Shown piece by piece: positions 1 through 6,289 of a stretch of 6,359 nt of DNA. Under the pieces are notes generated by a model. The model worked only from the letters and a program-made list of their open reading frames with translations. It did not search any database and was not told the DNA's origin. The DNA lies in NCBI GenBank assembly GCA_018985225.1, contig JADGIF010000585.1:1-6359 (forward strand), written 5' to 3'. The position numbers and the translations under genes were made by a program. How positions within the stretch are numbered: the stretch's first letter is position 1; each line of letters starts with the position of its first letter. The stretch is from Amoeboradix gromovi X-113. Its lineage: Eukaryota; Fungi; Sanchytriomycota.

Positions 1-1
1 T

Positions 2-55
2 TGTAATGTTGTACTAACATCATTACTCTTGTCTATTCTAGTTTTTACAGAGTAA
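2..55 (+). CDS. Possible 3' end of an upstream gene (hydrophobic C-terminus ...CNVVLTSLLLSILVFTE*), truncated by the window edge
   Basis: The frame is open from the edge to TAA 53-55, followed at once by in-frame TAG and TGA (56-61) and AATAAA at 74-79. Only 17 codons are visible, so support is weak. Confidence 0.25.
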   Translation, partial: CNVVLTSLLLSILVFTE

Positions 56-232
56 TAGTGATATTTTATTTGAAATAAAGATTGGATGAAAGAGTAAGAG
101 AATAGCTGTACAGAATATTTATTTTTGAAATTTCGATACAAAAAGTTATTTATTTTCCTTTTATACTCATCAACTCCACAACTAGCTGAATGTCCACTCG
201 CGTCTTAAATAATGTTCCAAGTTGTTACAGAA

Positions 233-263
233 AGTTAGTCCAGTTTTTATATTTGATGTCCCA
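233..263 (+). repeat. 31-bp inverted repeat, left copy (AGTTAGTCCAGTTTTTATATTTGATGTCCCA)
   Basis: Matches the reverse complement of 6227-6257 (AGTTAGTCTAGTTTTTATATTTGGTGTCCCA) at 29/31 positions without gaps. The mismatches at 241/6249 and 256/6234 are both transitions. Confidence 0.93.
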
Positions 264-404
264 ATTGTACTTAATGATAAACAAGATTATTGGGTTTATG
301 CAATTAAAATTTTTTACAAAGAGTGGATATTTTAGCAATATATCTCATGTAATTATAATAAATGGCTTGTTCTACTAAAATCGAGGACTGCTTGAAACAG
401 CGAC

Positions 405-2156
405 ATGCTTGCTAATATGTTAAATTGGGACCAAATCTTAAGATCGCAGGAATATGAATCTGTGACCAGCAACGATCTGCTAGCCTTGTTAAATTCAAAC
501 ACGACCGAGTCGCAGGCAATAATAAGTCAGTTTTATGCAAAGAAACCTGAATTGTTTAATCAGCTATTATTTAAGCTTCCGTTGCAGTATTCAATTATTA
601 ATACCGTGCTAGAGCACACTGATACTACATTTTCGAAGTCTTGCGTGTCTAACCCGAAGTTTAAAACCTTTGTTCTTGATAACTTAACTCAATCCTGCTC
701 GTTGTTAAAACTTTTGACTATAGTGATGGTTGATCAATCGGTATTAAACCAGATTATTGAATGGATAGGCAAGGATAAATTGAACTCGTTACTAAAGTCA
801 CAAGATAATCCTGACCTTCGAGATCTACTAACTTGCTACTTTATTGGCGAGAATACAGTAGGTGTAAATAGCTGGTCTAATCCTGAAAACAAAACATCTG
901 TAGATGACATTGAATCAATGTATCTAATGATTAGCGATCGATTGAAGTTAAAATTTAACTTAACTGATCTAAAATCAGTTATGTTTTTATCTTCCATGGC
1001 ACCAGTCAAGGACATGATCTCTAACAATTTTTCCCAATTTGATTTGCTTTTCAAGTCATTTATCAAATCAAAAGACTCGGAAGCATTGAACATTTTATAT
1101 CAAATACTAAACAACGTCATTAGAATACCTAAACCCAAATCTGAACAAGACATTAAGATGATTCAAATGAAATTGATGTCTTTGGGTGTTGACCAGGATA
1201 CTGCGTTTGATCCTAACGTATTGAAAGAAGATGAAAGTGCAAAATCTATTTCTAATCGTATATCGTGTTTAATCAAGAACTTTGATATGGTTTACTATTA
1301 CGCTCAGCTATATAAACTTTTTATTTGCCACCAACTAAATTCTAAAGCGTTTTCTCTATTTTTGGATTCTATAACTAGTTTAACCACGCCTGCTGCAAAC
1401 CGTAGTAAGCTAGTGGCCGATGGTCTATTGAAGCTACTCTTGGGACTCTTGACCAAGTCTGAAGTGCATAGGTTGCCAATCACTTTCAATATTGCAAGAT
1501 TGCTAACGAGTACCAACCCAACTGCATTGCAACAAGTTCAGCAATTTGTTCCTATAGTTTATGAGCTGATTAGACCCGGCAATGATTATGAATACCAGCT
1601 ACAGGGCATTATGGCTCTGACTAATTTATGCTGCACTGGGGATCCACTAGTATTGGACAAAATATTTAAAGACTGTTCTATAACATTTACATCATTCCTC
1701 AAGAGTTACATGACACATGAGATAATAGAGTTGAGGAGAGTGGCCATGGAGTTGTTTACCAACATGCTTCAATGTGATTCGTTTGCAGCTAATTATTTTG
1801 AGGAGGCTAATTGCTTATATGAAGATGTATTGTTGGTTTGGTTATTTACTTTTGAAGAAGATAAGTACCTTCAGTATGCTGCCATGGGTGCCATGGCATA
1901 TTTGTCATACGCATCGCATATAAAATCATATTTGTTGACTAGATCAAAGTTTCTGGATGAATTAAAAGAGTTAACTGTTATGAGATTTAAAATAGAGCAG
2001 AGCCATTTTGCATTGATAGCTATTCTTCAGAATATGCTGCCAGTGTTGTCTGTGGAAGTGCAACAAGAAATAATCATAATGATTAAAAAAGAGGTTCCGC
2101 ACATGGATGGTAGAATCAAAGAGGCCATGCTTGAATTACTGAAAGAGTTAAAATAA
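405..2156 (+). CDS. SHE4: UCS-domain myosin chaperone, fungal She4/Rng3/Cro1 type (UNC-45 family, no N-terminal TPR), 583 aa
   Basis: The C-terminal half carries UCS armadillo-repeat motifs in the expected order: NRSKLVADGLLKLLL, IARLLTSTNP, QGIMALTNL, RRVAMELFTNM, EDKYLQYAAMGAMAYLS. ATG at 405, TAA at 2154-2156. The N-terminal half is divergent. Confidence 0.85.
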   Translation: MLANMLNWDQILRSQEYESVTSNDLLALLNSNTTESQAIISQFYAKKPELFNQLLFKLPLQYSIINTVLEHTDTTFSKSCVSNPKFKTFVLDNLTQSCSLLKLLTIVMVDQSVLNQIIEWIGKDKLNSLLKSQDNPDLRDLLTCYFIGENTVGVNSWSNPENKTSVDDIESMYLMISDRLKLKFNLTDLKSVMFLSSMAPVKDMISNNFSQFDLLFKSFIKSKDSEALNILYQILNNVIRIPKPKSEQDIKMIQMKLMSLGVDQDTAFDPNVLKEDESAKSISNRISCLIKNFDMVYYYAQLYKLFICHQLNSKAFSLFLDSITSLTTPAANRSKLVADGLLKLLLGLLTKSEVHRLPITFNIARLLTSTNPTALQQVQQFVPIVYELIRPGNDYEYQLQGIMALTNLCCTGDPLVLDKIFKDCSITFTSFLKSYMTHEIIELRRVAMELFTNMLQCDSFAANYFEEANCLYEDVLLVWLFTFEEDKYLQYAAMGAMAYLSYASHIKSYLLTRSKFLDELKELTVMRFKIEQSHFALIAILQNMLPVLSVEVQQEIIIMIKKEVPHMDGRIKEAMLELLKELK

Positions 2157-2157
2157 A
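2152..2157 (+). terminator. AATAAA polyadenylation signal overlapping the SHE4 stop codon
   Basis: AAA TAA A at 2151-2157 contains AATAAA. Function is inferred. Confidence 0.6.
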
Positions 2158-2176
2158 TATGTTGCATGGTATCTCA

Positions 2177-2182
2177 TTTATT
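2177..2182 (-). terminator. AATAAA polyadenylation signal 2 nt after the orphan gene stop
   Basis: TTTATT on + at 2177-2182. The minus strand reads TAA CT AATAAA. Confidence 0.6.
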
Positions 2183-2184
2183 AG

Positions 2185-3210
2185 TTAGCTTCGTTGTTGG
2201 AACACTTTGCTAAAAGATTTGATATCGTTCTTTGAGCGGTGAGGAACCTGTACTCTAGATTGAAGTTGTGATTTTTGAGGCAAAACTGGTAGCTTTACGT
2301 TTGATTGCAATTCGGATCTACGTTCTACAGTATCACAAGTGTGATCTATATTTGTCTTATGGGCTTTAGGAGTACTAGTCTTTTCAACATAATTGATCCT
2401 GTTTAGTTTGCCATTGAAGAGATTATCAATGCATGATAAAGTGTCGTCATCTACAAATGTTTTGACACTAAATAGATGGATTAGTTCAGGAATGAATTGG
2501 TCGGACTCAATTAACGGCGAGAAAGCAAAGCGGATAAACTCCAAAAAGGATTCGTTTTGATCGTAAATCACATCAAACACACCATAAACTGGAACCTTAT
2601 TGGAGAGTCTGTTTTTGGATCTTTTGTCAGCTTTGGAAGCACGAGATCTTAGACTCTGATACTGCCATTCCTCATTTTTAACAGAGTGCTTTTCAAATCT
2701 ATCATATTGAGCAATCATAGGCATCAAGCGAATGTCAGCCATTGCATTTTCATTCATGCCTTTGTGGTCGACAAAAAGTAACTTTATATCCTTCATTGCA
2801 TTTTCGTCCATGCTCTTCTCTTTCTTCTGATTGTATAAATTTCTTACGCATTGCAATGCTAACATTTCCCTTCTTCCTCGAGACATTTTTTTGGTTTTCT
2901 TTGATTTATTAAGATTTCTGGCAGATGCAACTGCAGAATGTTTTAAATTTGATTTCGCTTTGAGGACAGTTGCTTTTGAATTAGCTGCTGCGCTTTTGAA
3001 ACTTTTTGATCTATTCGGGATTTTAGATTTCAAATTTGTTGGACTATCACGAAGCATTGGTGAATCAGTAACTGCTATATTGATTTTTGCATCCTTTGGA
3101 GATTGTAAGACTAAATCATGACCATCCCATTTAAACATAAAGAATTGGTTCACATCTTTCATTTCTACTGCTATTTGTAAAGATTTTTTAATTTCTTTGC
3201 TTGGGAGCAT
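2185..3210 (-). CDS. Hypothetical basic, Lys-rich protein (341 aa from the first ATG; possibly 363 aa with an upstream exon)
   Basis: Long ORF filling the space between two conserved genes, with AATAAA just after its stop. The ORF-track start at 3237 is GTG and the first ATG is at 3210. It has an NLS-like KSKKTKKMSRGRR and an internal repeat with synonymous differences. No family recognised. Confidence 0.75.
   Translation of the reverse strand: MLPSKEIKKSLQIAVEMKDVNQFFMFKWDGHDLVLQSPKDAKINIAVTDSPMLRDSPTNLKSKIPNRSKSFKSAAANSKATVLKAKSNLKHSAVASARNLNKSKKTKKMSRGRREMLALQCVRNLYNQKKEKSMDENAMKDIKLLFVDHKGMNENAMADIRLMPMIAQYDRFEKHSVKNEEWQYQSLRSRASKADKRSKNRLSNKVPVYGVFDVIYDQNESFLEFIRFAFSPLIESDQFIPELIHLFSVKTFVDDDTLSCIDNLFNGKLNRINYVEKTSTPKAHKTNIDHTCDTVERRSELQSNVKLPVLPQKSQLQSRVQVPHRSKNDIKSFSKVFQQRS
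2725..2811 (-). repeat. Intragenic duplication with a 54-nt period: MDENAMKDIKL / MNENAMADIRL
   Basis: ATGGACGAAAATGCAATGAAGGATATAAAGTTA (2811-2779) versus ATGAATGAAAATGCAATGGCTGACATTCGCTTG (2757-2725). Confidence 0.8.
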
Positions 3211-3342
3211 ATGTTTATGCAGCGAAGTGGCCTGCACTTTTTATAGTGAAATAACAAACAAGCCATTTCTTTATGATTGGTGGGTAAATTTGCCAACTAG
3301 CCATTTGAATAATCTAATAGTACATTCTAAAATTGCAAAAAG

Positions 3343-3348
3343 TTTATT
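3343..3348 (-). terminator. AATAAA polyadenylation signal overlapping the MGM101 TGA stop
   Basis: The minus strand reads TGAATAAA across 3350-3343. Confidence 0.6.
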
Positions 3349-4076
3349 CATCGTATTTTCTGATAGGGATAGTCAACCTCTTGTCCCTTTTTTAAGTTCA
3401 AATTAGAAACTCTACCAGAATTCTTATGCGATACCCTGACGTTGGAAGTATTCTCTCTTTTAAATTTAGAAATAAATACAGGATCCCATAGCTCTGACGC
3501 GATTCCTAGGTCTTTGCAACATCGCGTTAGGGCATTACTTTTTACAGATTCTACGGCAGTTCCAAGTGAGGCCATTGAATAAAAGTCATGTTCTCCACGA
3601 GCTTGAGATACAAAAGTACTGTCACAAATTAAAGCATAATCTCTTAATAGCAAAAAAGCATTACCGACCTCCAACTTATAATGAGCCGATCGCGGGACGA
3701 GCTTCCAGTTTCCTGGTCCAAACGCTTCATTTAGTGTTCTTCTATATCGTATCTCTGGCATATATAAAAGGCCATCTGGCCTTAACTCAATATCTTCAAC
3801 TGATAGTGGCCTAGTTAATATTTTACTCACGTCATTTGAAAACCTTTTGGTAGTAAAGCCACCGTACAACTTATCAAAGTTGTCTGAGGTTGAGAAAGTC
3901 TCTTCAGCATCTGTAAATAGCGATTGAATCCCATTCTTTTTTAGTACTTTAGTGCTTTTTAGGTTTGATTCAGATCTTTCTTCTGGTGCATTGTTTTGGG
4001 GTGGCAAAATGCTGTTAACAACTGATTTTTGCTTTCCAATTGATCCCACAATCCTTTGAAATAGTACACGGTGCAT
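3348..4076 (-). CDS. MGM101: Mitochondrial genome maintenance protein Mgm101 (Rad52-family ssDNA annealing protein), 242 aa
   Basis: Diagnostic motifs IELRPDGLLYMPEIRYRRTLNEAFGPGNWKLVPR, ARGEHDF and KSNALTRCCKDLGIASELWDPVFI. The basic, acid-free N-terminus MHRVLFQRIVGSIGKQKS fits a mitochondrial presequence. The track start at 4082 is TTG and the first ATG is at 4076. Confidence 0.96.
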   Translation of the reverse strand: MHRVLFQRIVGSIGKQKSVVNSILPPQNNAPEERSESNLKSTKVLKKNGIQSLFTDAEETFSTSDNFDKLYGGFTTKRFSNDVSKILTRPLSVEDIELRPDGLLYMPEIRYRRTLNEAFGPGNWKLVPRSAHYKLEVGNAFLLLRDYALICDSTFVSQARGEHDFYSMASLGTAVESVKSNALTRCCKDLGIASELWDPVFISKFKRENTSNVRVSHKNSGRVSNLNLKKGQEVDYPYQKIR

Positions 4077-4104
4077 TATCAAACAAGGAAAACTGGATTT
4101 TAAA
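4077..4104. promoter_or_regulatory. 28-bp spacer between the divergent MGM101 and RFT1 start codons (putative bidirectional promoter core)
   Basis: TATCAAACAAGGAAAACTGGATTTTAAA lies between CAT (4074-4076) and ATG (4105-4107). The promoter role is inferred from position only. Confidence 0.5.
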
Positions 4105-5682
4105 ATGAATTTAACATCCGTTCTTAGTGGCTCTATTTACTTGATATTACTGCAATTCGTTTCAAGAGTAACTACATTCGTTCTTAACCAGTTGCTATTG
4201 CCTCACATATCTCCTGAAGTCATAGGAATTTCTATGATTCAAATGGAATTTCTAGTCAACACTATTTTGTTTTTCTCCCGAGAAGGCATTCGTACTGCAT
4301 TATTTAGATCATCTGTAGACAATTCCTCGGAAAAGCAAAAAACTCTCATCAATATCAGCTGGCTATCAGCATTTGTTGGTCTTTTCACTACATTGCTAAT
4401 GATTGTTTATTTTTTAGTGTTTTCAACTGATATACAACATTATACCACATGTGTGTGGATCTTTGGATTAAGTACTTGGTTAGAGCTATTAATTGAGCCA
4501 ATGTTTGCACTTACACAGGCCGAATTTAAATTTAAATCCAGGGTTCTAATTGAGGGCTGTGCTGTGTTCTGCAATGTACTAACTAGCTACATTTTAGTAA
4601 TGCTAGGAAGTACAAAGGTTCCGTCTGATAATAAATATGGAGTGCTGGCTTTTGCTTATGCCCGGTTATCTTATTCCATCACTCTGATTTTTGGGTACAC
4701 AATCTTGTATTCCAAAGTATTATATATATTCAGACCCTCTAAGTTATTGTCTAATGTGTATTTTGACAAATCTACTTTATCGCTAGCCTGGTCTTTTACT
4801 AAACAATCTTTTGTTAAACAGTTACTTAACGAAGGTGACAAATTCATTATGTCGATGCTAGCTACCGCTTCTACTCAAGGAATTTGGGCTATCGTTTTAA
4901 ACTACGGCTCATTGTTTGGTCGTATAATATTTGCACCGTTAGAAGAGATTTTGCGTGTTTTGTTCTCAAAGTTGTTGCTAAACGCCAGAACTAGTAAAGA
5001 GCCCGAAGTAAAAACTAATATTGACAAGTCCCACAAGTTCATTCTGCTATTCTTGAGACTACACTCTATACTAGGAATTTTGTTTATTTGTTTTGCTTCT
5101 TATTTTTCTTATCCAGTGTTGCATGTTATAATTGGTCAAGAGTGGGCAATCAAGGCAGGGTATACATTGTCCTGGTTTTGCTATTTGATCCCTTTAATGG
5201 GATATAATGGAGTTTTAGAAGCTTTTGTGAGTAGTGTGGCTGATCAATCGGAATTGCAAATACAATCCACTTGGATGGCGGTATGCATGACTATATATAG
5301 CATAACTGCATATGTAGCTCTCAGCTTATTGGAAATGGGCAGCATGGGTATAGTTATTGCCAACGCCTGTAATTTCACTTTGAGGATATTGTGGTGTATA
5401 ATGTTTACAAAGAAGTATTATCACGATTTAGGACTGCACAATCTGCTACTAAATAGATGTTTTCCCAACATTATAACAATGGTAGCGTCATTAGTCACCA
5501 TGCTCTATTTACGAATGGAATTTTTAAATTATTACGACAATCCTAGCAAATCTAACAGTGTTGACTTTATACTGAAGCATATACCTACTGGAATAGCAAT
5601 CTTAAGCATAGTTTTAGCAAGTGAAAGGGCGATTTTTCAAGACTTGAGGAAGATATTAAATGAAAAATCAAAGAAATTATAA
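4105..5682 (+). CDS. RFT1: Rft1, Man5GlcNAc2-PP-dolichol translocation protein (MOP superfamily, ER multi-pass membrane protein), 525 aa
   Basis: Conserved Rft1 motifs LQFVSRVTTFVLNQ, ILFFSREGIR, QSFVKQLLNEGDK, NYGSLFGRIIFAPLEE, MGYNGVLEAF and GIVIANACNFTLRI. Many hydrophobic helices and a Lys-rich C-terminus (KSKKL). Confidence 0.96.
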   Translation: MNLTSVLSGSIYLILLQFVSRVTTFVLNQLLLPHISPEVIGISMIQMEFLVNTILFFSREGIRTALFRSSVDNSSEKQKTLINISWLSAFVGLFTTLLMIVYFLVFSTDIQHYTTCVWIFGLSTWLELLIEPMFALTQAEFKFKSRVLIEGCAVFCNVLTSYILVMLGSTKVPSDNKYGVLAFAYARLSYSITLIFGYTILYSKVLYIFRPSKLLSNVYFDKSTLSLAWSFTKQSFVKQLLNEGDKFIMSMLATASTQGIWAIVLNYGSLFGRIIFAPLEEILRVLFSKLLLNARTSKEPEVKTNIDKSHKFILLFLRLHSILGILFICFASYFSYPVLHVIIGQEWAIKAGYTLSWFCYLIPLMGYNGVLEAFVSSVADQSELQIQSTWMAVCMTIYSITAYVALSLLEMGSMGIVIANACNFTLRILWCIMFTKKYYHDLGLHNLLLNRCFPNIITMVASLVTMLYLRMEFLNYYDNPSKSNSVDFILKHIPTGIAILSIVLASERAIFQDLRKILNEKSKKL

Positions 5683-6213
5683 TTGTTTATTATATATCAG
5701 AGAGAAGTATAAAATAAATTCTATAATTAGCGCAACAATTAATGCTTTTATACTAATTTGGTAACTGCTATAAGCGCACAGCGTAACTACAGCTGCGATT
5801 TTTAGTGTCTCACCATAAGTAGGATATTGCCTAGAAAAGGTCAGCAGAGCGTAATAAGCACTGCATATATGTGAAATAATCAAGTAACCATCGGAAAATT
5901 TGTTATTCGATAAGAAAACAAACATGCCCCATAGCAACGCAGTTATTGGCCATTTCCGCAAAGTATCGCCTTGATCGGGATCCTGCACAAATTGCTGGTG
6001 AACCAGCTGCTCAAAAAACAACTGAACGCAAGACATTATGAACCCCATCAACATTGAGATGACAAAACCTTGAACTAAAGAATCCATTTTTACCGGCGGT
6101 TTATTAGACAGTATACCTGATTCTTGTATGATTCTTTGCTGCTCATAAGACGGTATTTGATCGATTAATGTTGACTTGGGTTTGAAGTCTTTGATCTCTT
6201 CAATAGTTACCAT
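5677..6213 (-). CDS. Small multi-pass membrane protein (178 aa) resembling an uncharacterised conserved fungal family (recalled as DUF7719-like, unverified)
   Basis: N-terminal IPSYEQQRIIQESGIL, then hydrophobic segments including VQLFFEQLVHQQF, similar to the L-D-V-L-V-H-x-Q-Y motif I recall for that family. The track start at 6237 is TTG and the first ATG is at 6213 (MVTIEEI). AATAAA lies at 5691-5686 just before the stop. Confidence 0.75.
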   Translation of the reverse strand: MVTIEEIKDFKPKSTLIDQIPSYEQQRIIQESGILSNKPPVKMDSLVQGFVISMLMGFIMSCVQLFFEQLVHQQFVQDPDQGDTLRKWPITALLWGMFVFLSNNKFSDGYLIISHICSAYYALLTFSRQYPTYGETLKIAAVVTLCAYSSYQISIKALIVALIIEFILYFSLIYNKQL

Positions 6214-6226
6214 TTCACGGAGAATA

Positions 6227-6257
6227 TGGGACACCAAATATAAAAACTAGACTAACT
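6227..6257 (-). repeat. 31-bp inverted repeat, right copy (TGGGACACCAAATATAAAAACTAGACTAACT on +)
   Basis: The reverse complement is 29/31 identical to 233-263. It lies 13 nt upstream of the ATG at 6213 and contains TATAAAAA at 6239-6246. Confidence 0.93.
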
Positions 6258-6289
6258 CGTTTTTAAAGAAGGTGCTCCATACGGAGGAA

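Noticed and set aside
190-378. 62-aa ORF on +
   Set aside because: Short and AT-rich, runs through the non-coding repeat, and has no recognisable motif. Kept only as a remote upstream-exon possibility for SHE4.
423-436. AATTGGGACCAAAT resembling part of the 31-bp repeat
   Set aside because: A short gapped match inside the SHE4 coding sequence, compatible with chance.
836-1516. Minus-strand ORFs 836-1093 and 1304-1516
   Set aside because: Antisense shadows inside SHE4 with no recognisable protein features.
2831-3814. Plus-strand ORFs 2831-3121, 3197-3406 and 3566-3814
   Set aside because: Antisense to the orphan gene or MGM101. The first two begin at TTG and none resembles a known protein.
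3348-4076. Phage or bacterial Rad52/Sak-like annealase implying a viral or prokaryotic origin
   Set aside because: The motifs are Mgm101-specific, there is a presequence-like N-terminus, and the neighbours RFT1 and SHE4 are eukaryotic genes.
405-6213. Functional gene cluster or operon
   Set aside because: The genes have mixed orientations and unrelated functions (myosin folding, mtDNA repair, N-glycan assembly). Adjacency is adequately explained by compaction.
3211-6237. Non-ATG starts in the ORF track (GTG 3237, TTG 4082, TTG 6237)
   Set aside because: These are prokaryote-style calls. The gene content is eukaryotic and in-frame ATGs lie close by at 3210, 4076 and 6213.
6247-6249. In-frame TAG upstream of the membrane-protein gene, aligned with CAG in the left repeat copy, hinting at TAG=Gln recoding or readthrough
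   Set aside because: None of the five long ORFs needs an internal TAG despite many Gln codons. The C/T difference is just one of the two repeat mismatches.
6247-6286. Small hairpin CTCC-ATAC-GGAG (6275-6286) with CTAG at 6247-6250 as a Helitron 3' end
   Set aside because: The stem is very short, it lies about 24 nt from CTAG, the left repeat copy has CCAG and no hairpin, and no Rep/helicase sequence is present.
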